Positions 10,004-22,609 of a DNA stretch of 64,000 nt are shown here, piece by piece (within the stretch, counting starts at the first letter, position 1; the number at the start of each line of letters is the position of its first letter). The DNA lies in NCBI RefSeq assembly GCF_018350175.1, contig NC_058368.1, positions 61,010,001 through 61,074,000 of the forward strand, in the 5' to 3' direction. A model generated the notes under the pieces. It made no database searches. It had not been told where the DNA came from and was given only the letters and a program-made list of their open reading frames with translations. The DNA is from Felis catus (lineage: Eukaryota). Made by a program: the position numbers and the translations under genes.

Positions 10004-13000
10004 TCTTCTCTATTATTTTCCTAATGGCATCTGGGAACTCACCTGTTGCCTCTTGGTCAGCTGAAGCTACTTCTCCTGTTATCTAGGCATTCTAAAAGCT
10101 AACCCTTTTTCTAAAATGATCAAACCATCTTTTGCTGGCATTAGATATCCTTCACCTTTTGTTTTAAATTGTCATATGACTTTGTTTTTTGTCAAATTAT
10201 ATCTGTCCGTAGATACGTTCCTTACAGTCTGTGTTCCTTATAACAATCATGCACCCACATAAAAGCTGCATTTTCAACATGAGATAAAATGGTGTTTTGC
10301 AAAAAAGTGCCAGATTTTTGGGCCTTCTGGTGTAGCTGCAGTGACAGCTTTATGGATTTTTTTAAACAATGGTCCTTATGCCAGATTCATTTATCTTGAA
10401 ATGGTGGGCAACCACAGTAGCAGACCTCAGTGTGTCTTTGGTGCACATCAAACAATTCAACTTTTTTTTGTAATGTGACAATTTTTCTCTGCTTTGTAGA
10501 GCCACTGCCAGCATCACTAGTGGTACTTCAGATGGGTCTCATGGCTCTATTGGAGGTTTGTGTTTTTTGCCTAAATATGATGAAAAATACGTGAGAGCCA
10601 GGAAAGATCATTTTTAAACTGCATTATGCAATTTATTGTAGAAAGGAGCTGCTCACGCAGAGATGAGTGTCACATGTCTTTTAAGGGAATATTTCCAACA
10701 CTTGACCTTACTGCAGTTGAAACAGGAGGTTGCTCCAAAATGGATATTAGTATAGTAGGTACTACAATTTGAATTTGATGCAGTTGTGATTTAATATGGC
10801 ATTACTATGTTTGTTTACATTTCTCTCAACCGTAATTGCCACCATGTATGGTCTGCAAGATTTATGTAGGTTTTGATAGATTTTGTGTATGTTTATAATA
10901 CTGTTAATTATATATTTAAATTTTTGATTTTGTGTATATTTGTAATATTCATAATAGACTTGTATGTATTTTATCATAGTAAATGATAAAATATATTTTA
11001 TGTATTCATGGCATACCTAACTTCTGATATTTTTTGGGTACATGGTTTCCTAGTGTGTTCAAATTGTTGCAAATCTTTAAAAATTTCCAATGCATTTATT
11101 GAAAAATATCTTTGTATAAGTGGACCTGTGCAGTTCAAACCCCTCGTTCAAGGGTCAACTGTAGTGTTTGGCATGATACCAAAGATGTATGTTATCAACA
11201 ATGCACACTGTGAGCTCACCAGTTTGATTAGCTAAATGCATGAAAATATAATCGTCATGTGATAATTGCACAATTCAGTAATGTAAGTTAATGTAAGGTA
11301 TTGAGAATTATCTTACAGTTTAGTGGGAGAAATAAGTTAAGATGAATGATAAATTAAATGAATGCTGTTATAGAAGAGTATTAAAGGCTTTGGTAGTTCA
11401 GAAATGGGTACAGTTGCTTTTGATATGAGGCTAATTACCTGGGAATCAAGGAAACCTCTTTATAGAAGTTATGTTTGAGATGAATCTAAGAAAAATATCA
11501 GAATTTTGTGTTTATGATTATAAAATGTTCTCCATCTCTTAGCCCCTCTTTTGACTTTTTTGTCACTTACTTTTTTTCTATTGGCCTTTTCCATTGAGCA
11601 GATGCTAAAATAGCAAGGTAAAAATATCCTTATTTACCGTATCGTTCTTTAGTAACTGCTTTACTACTCTTCCTCCATCTTGCTTTATTTTATTTTCCCT
11701 CACAGTAAAAAGAACAGTAACAGTAATGTGTTTTAGGAAGCTTAAACTCCCTACTTATGTTTCCTTATCTGCTAGTCTCTGCTTCAGACATTAAACTTTC
11801 ACTACTTCTAGAATTCCTTTCCTCCTGTACCACTACCTGTTTGGAGCAGAGCTTCTCCTCTATATAGGCTTATGGTTTATGAGATTCCTCTACATTTAAC
11901 ATTTAGTCTAAGAAATAGCAATAGAATATGTCTATAAATGTCCCTAATGCATATGTACTCTGTGTTGGCATGTATGATCATTTCAAAAACAGGAGTTTAT
12001 TGTCCTGAAATGTGTATATTTAAGGTCCAAAATATGTGTATGCTCAATGTGTGTTGAGTGAATAAATTCACAATATATTAAAAGGAAAATGTGCATATGT
12101 AAGAAATTACAACAATTAATTACACTAACATGAATGTAGTAACTGCATTTATAGTTCAGTTATATGATAAGTGTTCAGATTGGGTCTGGTTGGATCAAAC
12201 TGAGTCCAGGGTTATTTTCTTCTAGATTATGAAACAAAATTTTTTTCAGCTAAGGTGAGAGCCTATTTTTTAAAACTCATGTCATGTATATTTGTTTAAA
12301 AACTGCTTTATTGAACTGTATACAAAAGAACTGCATATGTTTAATGTGTACGATTGGGTGAGTGTTGACTTATGCAAATATCTGTAATACCATTACCATA
12401 TTCAAGGAATAGACACATCCAATATCTCCCAACGTTTTCTGTGTCATCCCTTATGTTTTTGTGTGTGTGGCAGAATGCTTAACATGAGATCTACGGTCTT
12501 AACTTTTGAAATGCACAATACCATATTCACTAAAGGCACTGTGTTGTAGAGCAGTTCTCTAGAACTTAGAATAACTGAATCTAGAATAACTGAAACTTTA
12601 TGTCCATTGGATACCTTCCTATTTCCTTCAGCCCCTGACAATAACTGTTCTTTTTTCTAATTTTATTAATTTAATCAGATACTATATGTGAGTGGAATCC
12701 TTATAGTATTTGTCTGTGGTTGGCTTTTTTTCCCTAGCATAGTGTCCTCCAGGTTCACCTTATTACAAATGGCAGCATTTCATTCTTTTTTGAAGGCTGA
12801 ATAATAACCCACTGTGTGTTGACACCCCATTTTCTATATCCATTCATCTGTCAATAGATAGTTTGTTTTCATAACTTGGGTATTGTGAACATGCTTGTAT
12901 GCACTTCAGCTATATCTTCAAGATGCTGATTTTGTTTTCTTCAGTTATTGATGGAACTGGAATTGCTGCGTTATATGATGTTTCTATTTTAATTTTTGAG

Positions 13001-13254
13001 GAATCTCCATACTGTTTTCTGTAATGGCTGTACCAATTTACATTTCCACCAGCAGTGTAGCAGGGGCCTCTTCACATCCTCATCAGCAATTGATACCTGT
13101 GTCTTTTTGATAAAAACCATCCATCCTAATAGATGTGATATTTCACTGTGCATTTCCTTGATAACTAGTGATGGCGAGCACCTTTCATGTACCTATTGAC
13201 CATGTGTATGTCTTTTTTGGGAAAATATTCAGGTTCTTTGCCCATTTTTAGATT

Positions 13255-13803
13255 ATTTTTTTAAATTTTTAAACTTTTTTTAATTTTATTTTTTTAATTT
13301 GTATCCAAATTAGCGTATAGTGCAACAACAATTTCAGGAATAGATTCTTTAATGCCCCTTACCCATTTAGCCAACCCCCTTCCACAATCCCTCCAGCAAC
13401 CCTGTTCTCCATATTTAAGAGTCTCTTAGGTTTTGTCTCCCTCTCTGTTTTTATATTATTTTTGCTTTCCTTCCCTTATGTTCATCTGTTTTGTCTCTTA
13501 AAGTCCTCATACGAGTGACATCATATGATACTTGTCTTTCTCTAATTTCACTTAGCATAATGCCCTCTAGTTCCATCCACGTAGTTGAAAATGGCAAGAT
13601 TTCATTCTTTTTGTTTGCCAAGTAATAATATTCCATTTGTGTGTGTGTGTGTGTGTGCGCGCGCACACACACACTCTTTATCCATTCATCCATTGATGGA
13701 CATTTGGGATCTTTCCATATTTTGGCTATTGTTGATAGTGCTGCTATAAACATTGGGGTGCATGTGCCCATTTGAAACAGCATACCTGTATCTCTTGGAT
13801 AAA
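13255..13803 (-). mobile_element. Younger carnivore L1 3' fragment nested in the old L1
   Basis: ORF 13451..13783 gives CTPMFIAALSTIAKIWKDPKCPSMDEWIK...WMELEGIMLSEI; T-rich tail at 13255-13300. Confidence 0.9.
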
Positions 13804-14467
13804 TTTTGCTATTGAGTTGTATGTTATATATTTTGGAAATTAAGTCCTAATCAAATACATGGGTTGTGAATGTTTTCTCCTATTTATAGGTAACCTTTCA
13901 TTCTGTGGATTATTTCCTTTGGTGTACAGAAACTTAGTTTGATCATCCCACTTGTCTATTTTTGCTTTTGTTTCTTATGATTTGGAGGTCATATCCTAGA
14001 AATTGATATGAATAAAGTCAAGAAGATTTCCCCTTATATTTTGTTCTAGGAGTTTTACAGCTTCTGACCTTATGTTTAAATCTTTGATTTTTAGTTGCTT
14101 TATGTGCATGCTTTATGTGCATGGTCCAGCTTCATTTTTTTTTTTTTTTGGCATATGGATGTGTAATTTTCCTAGTAGTGTTTGTTGAAGAGATATCTTT
14201 CTGTCATTGTGTATTCTTGAAATACTTGTCAAAGGATTAGTTGACTGTATATGTGGGTTTATTTCCAGACTCTTTATTCCATTCTACTGGTATACGGGTC
14301 TGTCCTTTATGCCGGTATCCTACAATATTAATTACTGCAGCCTTGTAATACATATTGAAATCAGGAAGTGGGGTACTTCCTGATTTGCTCTTCTTTCTCA
14401 ATATTGCTTTACCTGTTCTTAATCTTTTGTGGTTTCATATGAATTTTCAGATTGCCTTTCCATTTCT

Positions 14468-14652
14468 TAAATTTATTTTTAATGTTTATTCATTTCTGAG
14501 AGACCATGCATGAGCATGGGTGAGACAGAGAGGAACATACAGAATCTGAAGCAGGCTCCAGACTCTGAGCTGTCAGCATAGAACCCACAAACCATGAGAT
14601 TGTGACCTGAGCTGAAGTTGGATGCTTAACCAACTGAGCCACTGAGGCACCC
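14468..14652 (-). mobile_element. CAN-SINE
   Basis: SINEC body; TSD TTG(CC/TT)TTTCCATTTCT on both sides. Confidence 0.93.
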
Positions 14653-17223
14653 TTGTTTTTCCATTTCTGTACAACGTGGCATATGGATTTTGATGGAGAT
14701 AGCATGAATTTGTTGATCACTTTGAACAGTATGGAAATATTTAATAATTATTCCAGTGCATGAACACAAGATGTCTGTGTGCTTTAATTTCATCTATTGT
14801 TTTGTAGTTTTTAACGTATAAGTGTCTGATCTCCTTCATTAGGTTTATTCTTAAGTACTTTATTGTTTTAGATGTTATTTTAAATGGGATTTTTTTTGAT
14901 GGATTGTTGTTAGTGTATAGAAATCAACTGCTTTTTATATGTTGATTTTCTATCCAGCAACTTTATTAAATTTATTCTAACCATTTTTTTTGGTAAAATC
15001 TTTAAGGTTTTCTACATACAGGATCCTGCCATCTGTAAACAGATAATTTTTCTTCTTCCTTTTCCATTTGGATTCTTTTTATTTCTTTTTCTTGCCTAAT
15101 TGCTCTAGTAAGGACTTCCAGTATCCATTATCCACAGTTCACTATGATGTAGTTGTGGGTTTTTATTATGTTGGGATAAGTTCCTTCTATACTTAGTTTT
15201 TTGAGTATTTTTATCATGAACAAGTACTGAGTTTTGTCAAATGCTTATTCTGTATTTTATATCATGTGATTTTTCCCCCTTCATTTTGTTAATATGTGTC
15301 ACAGTTATGGATTTGCATATGTTGAACCATTCTTGCATCCTAGAGGTAATTCCAGTTTTTAAATTACAGAGATTAAAATTTTAGGTTTAAATGTGAATTT
15401 TGTTATATAATGCACTTATAAAGAGTTTATGTAAGATCCACATAGTTTACAACAAGCATAAATAGGTAGTGATTGAAGATTGTATGTTGAAATGGGGTAA
15501 GGAAACCAATGATAAAACAAACACTTTCCTTTATGGATAGGATTCAGTGGTGGTCCCAGTGTTTGTGCTAATGTAAATGAAAATCTCCAAGGAATACTTT
15601 AGTATGGTCTTAGGTAGATAAGTGCCAGAAAAAGAAAGGTAACCAAAAGAAATAGACTCTTCGCTCCTAAAGAAAAGATGCAACACTTATAGTTTCTGAG
15701 AATGTGTCAAAATACATTTTGTGTATAAAAATATGTGTGTACTTTTATGATTTTAGTTTTAAATTTTGTTTTATCCCATTCCTCCATCATTTACTTTATT
15801 TAAAATCATAATACCAAATAGGATAACATCTTGAGAATTCTCTTGCATTTTATAATATAAAAGAAAACTAACAAGATGATTGAGTTTTTTTTGCAAGAAT
15901 AGAAGTTTTACATAACTATCAATTTGAGAAAAAATGGAAACATTGAAAATAATCATCCAGTTTCATTAACGGATAAGAAAAAACACATGTCATAATACAT
16001 TTGTCAGATGGACTATTTCAGTGACAGCACAGAATTTTTTGGTAAAGAAGCTTCATTATTTGGAAGAATTCTCACCCTACTATGAGAATGGAAAAGGAAA
16101 AAGTACAATGTGTAAATTATCCCATTAGTTAAGATATATGTTCAGGAGACACATTTGCTTCAGTAATTCCAGATTCATTTTTTGCCACTTTCTCCTAACA
16201 TATAATTAGGAGAAATATACCACATAGAAATCTGGGACATGTAATGAAGCCATATATTATTTTTAATTACACATTTAGATAAACATAATAGCTAATGTCA
16301 CTTTAGACTACATTAAATTTTTCTTTTTTTTTCCACTTTGTATTGGCAATATTTTAACTGCCTTGATTATGCACCTGATACCTCCTCCTTTATCACTGTC
16401 AAGAACATATATCATAAATAATAAATATATTTTCCAATTACAGTTATGTGCTTACTATTCATTAAAAGTGTATTGGCCTGGATAGTACAAATATAACAGG
16501 CTAAATTTATCATTCTTAAATGAAAACAATCACCACTAGAAGATAGGAAGATACAGAAAATGATTTAGAGGTATACAGAATAGTTCACCTCAAATTTATA
16601 TGACTCTGACTTTGGTTTTATAGAAAATGGTTTGTTTTCCATATCATTTTAATTAGTTGCATTATGCTATCAAGTGGCACTGTGTTGGTGGTTGACAAAT
16701 ATGTAAATATGAAGTGGCTTCAAGAACATTCAATTATTTCTTTAGTTAATATTTTTAAGCTGTCTACCTGTCAGAGAATTAAGCTTCCTCAAAATGTAAC
16801 CCATAAGATGCATGCACAAATGACTGGCTTTTCAAATCTTAGGCAATCTATATAATGCTATCATAATATGCTGTTGTTTAGACAGCCCCCTCTCCAGGAA
16901 AATAGTGTCCCTGTATTCATCACTTAAAATGACATACTTCTTTGAATATTTATAATAATCATAAATCAAAAGGTCTGTGTTAAGGATGAATAACATATAA
17001 ATGACAGCATATATATGCATATGTAACTATTGAAAGTCATATTTCCTCCATTAATATCTGACTTAGAATATTTTGCAAAAACTCAGACATCATTAAGAAG
17101 CGAGTGGAAACATCAACTCAGTGGCAGCTGTTATAATTTATGCATGATCTAGTGCACCAGGGAGATACCATCTCTAAAATTAGTAAAACACTAAACCACA
17201 TTGTGGTCAAAATTTTTATTGCA

Positions 17224-17731
17224 CTGTAGTCTCCTCTTATCTGCAGAGAATGGATTCCAAGACCCTTAGCAGGTGCTTAAAACCAGGGGTAGTACCATAT
17301 GTATCATATGTATTGCATTTTTTTCCTATGCAGACATATATGTATGATAAAGTTTAATTTATAGATTAGGCACAGTAAGGGGTTAGCAATAATGAAATAG
17401 GACAATTTATAACAGTATACTGTAATAAAAGTTATGTGACTATGGTCTCAAATCTTCCTGTACTGTACTCACCCTTCTTGTAGTGATGTGAGAGGATAAG
17501 ATGCTTATTGAGGGGCATTTCTGAGAGGTGCCTGGATGGTTCTGTCAGTTAAGTGTCTGACTTTGGCTCAGGTCACGATCTCCTGGTTTGGGAGTTCCAG
17601 CCCTGCATCAGGCTCTGGGCTGACTGCAAGGAGCCTGCTTGGGATTCTTTCCCTCCCTTTTTCTCTCTTCGTCTCTCTCTGCCTCTCTCTCTCTCTCTCT
17701 CTCTCTGCCTCTCTCTCTCTCTCTCTCTCTG

Positions 17732-17767
<36 letters not shown>

Positions 17768-17935
17768 AAAAATGCCTATGTGTTGAGATGAAATGAGGTG
17801 ACATAGGCACTGTGTCATAGTGTTAGGCTGCTGTTGACCTTCTGACAATTTGTCAGGAGGATCATCTGCTTAAGGACCATGATTGACAGTCACTGAAACA
17901 TTGGAAACATAACTGCAGATAAAGGGGGATTGGTG
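17224..17935 (-). mobile_element. MER44-type (Tigger7-derived) MITE, interrupted by a SINE
   Basis: Degenerate TIRs 'ctgtagtctcctcttatctgcag' and 'ctgcagataaagggggattggtg' plus TA; internal 'atgataaagtttaatttatagattaggcacagtaag' matches the MER44 consensus as I recall it. Confidence 0.82.
17525..17772 (+). mobile_element. CAN-SINE with an expanded (CT)n tract
   Basis: 'ggtgcctggatggttctgtcagttaagtgtctgac' head; about 90 bp of CT repeat at 17673-17763. Confidence 0.93.
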
Positions 17936-19354
17936 TATTCGCTAATTATAATTTTGAAAAATTATTGCATTTCCCTAATGAAATTAAGCAGAGACTGAGA
18001 AAAGCTGTATTTAAATTGGTGAATCTAAAATTTTGGTTATGTGAGAAGCATTGAGGATCTTATTAAAGATGCATACATACCTGGATATTAGAATTAATGA
18101 TGTCTGGAATAAGACTGGCCTTCTCAATTTTTATAAATATATTCTATAAATATATAAGTAACAATGTATTTACAAGCCATCTGTGTAATACTCCAATGCA
18201 ACAAATGAAACTTTACTAATAAACTGAAATCATTTGTATAACAATGATTATTTGCTCTTGGGTATTTCCCTTCTGTTTTCTCAGGGGTAACCACACTCCT
18301 CAATCCATGGTAACAAAGATAGTAAAGTATTAAAAGTCTTCTAGATGTAAACTATATTAGACCAAAAGGAAATAGAACAAAGTTATAGCTTTGTAGTATT
18401 TTCTGTCTAACTCTACAGACAGAGAACAATTTCCCCATAAGCAGAGAAATTACAAACCTACATAGGAGGTTGCTCCTTACATACACCTTGATCTCTCCAC
18501 TCTGATCCAGGTAATACTTGTTCCTCTGGATTAACAGTGTAAATAACTCTCAGAAGCTATTACTTCAAGAATAGGATGAGTCATTTACATTTTTATGTTC
18601 ATTAGTGTAGCTTGCTGGATTTTAAATTCCAAATAATTTTGAATTATTTCAATAATTTCAAATAATTTTGAAGCTTAAGTGCTAACTAAAGAGCATTCTG
18701 GCTGGATGGCATAGAGGGAAACTTCTTTTACTTTCAGGGCAGCAGAAAATGTGTCCTCAGAGAAAGGAGGAAAGAGGAATATTCAGAGAGTTGGGGGAGA
18801 AACAGTAAAGGTAATCTTTAACATGCTGACATTCTAACATGAAAATTACGACAGTATTTTTCGTCTGCATGGATAAGGAAGGATAGTCTACATACAAGCC
18901 ATTGGAAAGATGCCCAGCATGTGGTTAGGTGGCCTTAGTGGCTTGGGAGACCTAATCTTTTCAAAGCAATGACCTACTGCATTTATTTTATTCCACAACA
19001 AATTTGTAAAAATCTTTACCCTCTGAAAAATGAAGGATGCAAACGACCTTGTGCAATTATTTAGATTGTTCTTCTAAATGTATCTGTTCCTAAGGGTTTG
19101 ACTGAACATACACCACTAAAAGCTGAGACTCTGCTGACAGAGACTTGAGTCCGTCGCTGCCGCTTCAGACCATCGGTGTTACCAATCATATATTCTGACC
19201 AGGTCTTTGAAAGCCTATATATTTGAGGTTAGGCTATAGATTAGGAATGGTTTCACACCAGCGATGTTCAAAACTACTTTTATATAGCTTAATTTATATT
19301 CTCCCATAGTTACAAAGACCAACCAAAATGGATTTTGAAAATGTAGAGCTAATT

Positions 19355-19546
19355 TTATTTTATTTATTTTTAAATGTTTGTTTTTAAGACAGACTGCGAG
19401 TGGGGGAGGGGCAGAGAGAGAGAGAGGGTGAAAGGCTTCAGGCTCTGAGCTATCAGCACAGAGCCCATTGGGGGGCTTAAACTCACAAACCATGAGATCA
19501 TGACCTGAGCCGAAATTGGACTCCCAACCAAGCCACCCGGGTGCCC
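19355..19546 (-). mobile_element. CAN-SINE
   Basis: Perfect 14-bp TSD ATGTAGAGCTAATT at 19341-19354 and 19547-19560. Confidence 0.95.
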
Positions 19547-20745
19547 ATGTAGAGCTAATTGCAAATGGTGTAATGGCATTTTATGGTCCAAAGTACTTCT
19601 GGATGTGCTTCATTTTGGGGTTGTTCTTGTAGTAAAGCCACACATACTGGCAGAAATTGTACCTGCAAGGCAAATAATACAAAGGATTAATCATGCAAAC
19701 ACACACAGATATTCAGGACTGCAATGATTAGTTTACCCATGTATCTCAAAAATGCTTCAATTTCATTTTAACCAGAAAAAAACCATAAAATGGAGTTTAT
19801 GATCACAAAAGATTATTGATGAGTAAAAACAGATAAATTTGTCCTACTGGCAGTGTAGGATATAGAGGTGCTCTTACTATTATATGCCATCCTATCAAGT
19901 TTTGGGCAGATATCTTTCTGTATTTTAGTTACTATAATTAATAAAATAACAAATGTATGTGCTCTTCTAAATATGGTCTAGGTGGATTTTATAACGAATG
20001 ACAACAGGTTGGGGAAAAAACAGCTAAGGCAGATAGAGGAGCATAGTACTTTTTTTTTTTTTTTTTTTAAGGAGGGTGTGCATAAATTTACCAAAGGGAG
20101 AAAAATAATTTAGTGTAAAAGTTTATTTTTCAGGAGAAAAATAATTTAGCATTAAAGGTTATGCCACACAAAAGTAAAAAAGTTGAATAGGGGATATATG
20201 CCATGAGAGACAGCATTTATCAGTGTAGAAAAATTTAGAGTGCGAATTGGAGGCACAGTGTTGACTGTCACTTAAATACTTGGATGTTAGGGCTTCTCAG
20301 ATGTAATTAAGCTGAGGTAGAAAGGGTCTTTGCTATGTGAATGAAGGCAAATGAATTTGGTGGGTAAGAGATAAATAGTAAATACACTATGCTTTTGAAC
20401 CTAGATATTCTATTTTCCATTATTTGATATGAAGTAATAACTAAGATTATTGTACCAAGTGTCATAGTTAATTTTACATGTATTAGCTATTACATGATTT
20501 GCCTGGATATCTTTATAGGTAAATTTGCTACTTGGAGATTTCTTGGGGAAGAATGAATTATTTCCTCATCTTTACAGCCTTAGTAAGCTGTTACTATTAT
20601 GTATTATATATTAGCATAATCATTTAATAAGTTTGACGTAGGTACTGGTCTGGGAACCCTGTGGTATTAAGAACTGGTTCTTTTTCTGTTTTGTTCCTGA
20701 CACAATGTTTGTGGTATGTTCAAGTTCTGCCAATAATATCACTTT

Positions 20746-20958
20746 GGAGGCGCCTGGGTGGCTCAGTCAGTTAAGCATCTGACTTCGGCTCAGGTCATGA
20801 TCTCACAGTTTGTGAGTTTGAGCCCCAAGTTGGGCTCTGTGCTGACAGTTCAGAGCCTGGAGCCCACCTTAGATTCTGTGTCTCCCTCTCTCTCTGCCCT
20901 TCCTCTGTTCATGCTCTGTCTCTCTCTCTCAAAAATAAACATTAAAAATTTGTTTTAA
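20746..20958 (+). mobile_element. CAN-SINE
   Basis: Full head-to-tail SINEC; TSD ATCACTTTGG at 20738-20747 and 20959-20968. Confidence 0.95.
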
Positions 20959-21404
20959 ATCACTTTGGCATATTAATTTTCTATTTTCTATAAAGAGTTG
21001 AATCTTAAACTTCTAGGTCTACCTACCCTCTATAACAGTTCTATTTTGAAGGAAGATTCCAAATTTTCACACATACCAAAGTTTCAGAGTATGAGGGGAA
21101 TTCATCAAGAATTTCTTTAACTTTTGCAAGTGTCTCTTCTGAGTGGTTTCATACTACCCCAGTTTTTGGGTTTTTTTGTTTTTGTTTTTTAATTTGTCAC
21201 ACATATTGCTGAGCACTTTAAAAAATTAAAATTTTTGTGTTAATATATATAATGTAATTTGCATAAAAGGCCAAAAATAACTTTAGGAAATGTATTTATT
21301 TCCGATTTTGATATATGAATCATTTTAGAACTAGAAAAGTATAATTATATACAACATAAGATGATATATGATCTAGTAGTGAACAGACTCTAAGTCACTT
21401 AAAA

Positions 21405-21516
21405 ATATTTAAGTAAAATCAAATAGTATTTGTCTTCTTGACTTATTTTACCCAGCACGATACCCTCTAGGTCTGTCCATTGTTGCAAATGGCAAGATTC
21501 ATCCTGTTTATGACTA

Positions 21517-21558
<42 letters not shown>

Positions 21559-21965
21559 CGCATCGTCTTTATTCAGCTATTTATGGACACTTGAGTTGCC
21601 TTCCATGTCTTGGTTATTGTAAATACTACAGTGAACAAAGTGATGCATATGTATTTTTTGAATTAGTGCTTTTGTTTTCTTTGGATAAATATCCAGAAGT
21701 GAAATTACTGGATCATACAGTAATTTTATTTTTTAATTTGAGGAACCTCCGTATTTTCCACAGATGTTGCTCCAATTTTTATTCCCACCAACAGTGTTCG
21801 AGGGTTCACTTTTCTTCACATGGTCACCAACAGTTGCTTTTTGTTGTCTTTTTGATACTAGCCAATCTGGTGTGAGGTGATAACTCTTTGTGTTTTGATT
21901 TGCATTTCCCTGATGATTAGTGATGTTAAGCAGCTTTTCATGTGTCCATTGTCCATCTGAGTTCA
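21405..21965 (-). mobile_element. L1 fragment (end of ORF2), with an internal (TA)n(CA)n repeat
   Basis: Antisense L1 motifs 'ttgaggaacctccgtattttccacag' and 'gcatttccctgatgattagtgatgttaagc'. Confidence 0.85.
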
Positions 21966-22390
21966 TGTTTTGATATGTTCATAAAGGCACACATTTAGGT
22001 GAAATGATTTAGTATTATTTAATCTCAGTTTATAAAATTAAGCTCATGAATGTACATTCTACCTAAAATAACTGTATATGCAGATGATAGAATTGAGAAT
22101 GTATCACTTGAATTTTGATTAATGTATTTGGATCAATTCTATCATTTTTTATCACAGTATCTCCCTGTTACCTCAGTGCCCCAAAACGTCAATCACATGT
22201 TTTATCATTGAGACTAATCCAGATTTTGTTTGTAAAAAAAACAAAAAACAAAAAACAAAACAATTATAGCAACATACTAGGTCTCAAACATCTAAAAGCT
22301 GAGAGAGTTAGAATCCAGGTAAGTGATAAAATTTTGTTGTACCAAAAAAAAGAAAAAATATTCCCAGTGATTTTTTATAATCCAACCTTT

Positions 22391-22609
22391 TTTTTTATTT
22401 TTTTTTCGACGTTTATTTATTTTTCGGACAGAGAGAGACAGAGCATGAACGGGGAAGGGGCAGAGAGAGAGGGAGACACAGAATCGGAAACAGCCTCCAG
22501 GCTCTGAGCCATCAGCCCAGAGCCCGACGCAGGGCTCCGACTCACTGACCACGAGATCGTGACCTGGCTGAAGTCGGACGCTTAACCGACTGCGCCACCC
22601 AGGTGCCCC
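22391..22609 (-). mobile_element. Young SINEC_Fc-type SINE
   Basis: CpG-rich; perfect 15-bp TSD TATAATCCAACCTTT at 22376-22390 and 22610-22624. Confidence 0.97.

Larger units (their letters stand above)
8133..10542 (-). pseudogene. Tigger2 transposase remnant (CENP-B-like HTH plus DDE domain), many stops and frameshifts
   Basis: From ATG at 10542: MRPI*STTSDAGSGSTKQRKIVTLQKKVELFD. ORF 8690..8872 gives SSIQPLDQRVIRVSKALYTQYSMERI (QPLDQ motif). Acidic C-terminal region near 8140-8180. Confidence 0.88.
7102..11161 (-). mobile_element. Near-complete Tigger2-family (Tc1/mariner-pogo) DNA transposon
   Basis: TIRs CAGCTGACCCTTGA (7102) and TCAAGGGTCAACTG (11161), each flanked by TA; internal transposase remnant; four SINEs inserted. 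Confidence 0.93.
12296..15352 (-). mobile_element. Old L1 (L1MA/L1MB-type) 3'UTR and ORF2 C-terminal part
   Basis: 3' terminus 'aactgctttattgaactgtatacaaaagaactgcatatgtttaatgtgtac'; antisense ORF2 motifs continue to 'gttgaaccattcttgcatcc'; interrupted by a younger L1 and a SINE. Confidence 0.88.

Noticed and set aside
12226..12254. 29-nt plus-strand microexon candidate (YETKFFSAK, AAG|gtgaga)
   Set aside because: Too short to distinguish from chance without expression data.
17536..17810. ORFs with poly-(LS) and poly-(RE) tracts
   Set aside because: They come from the expanded CT tract of a CAN-SINE.
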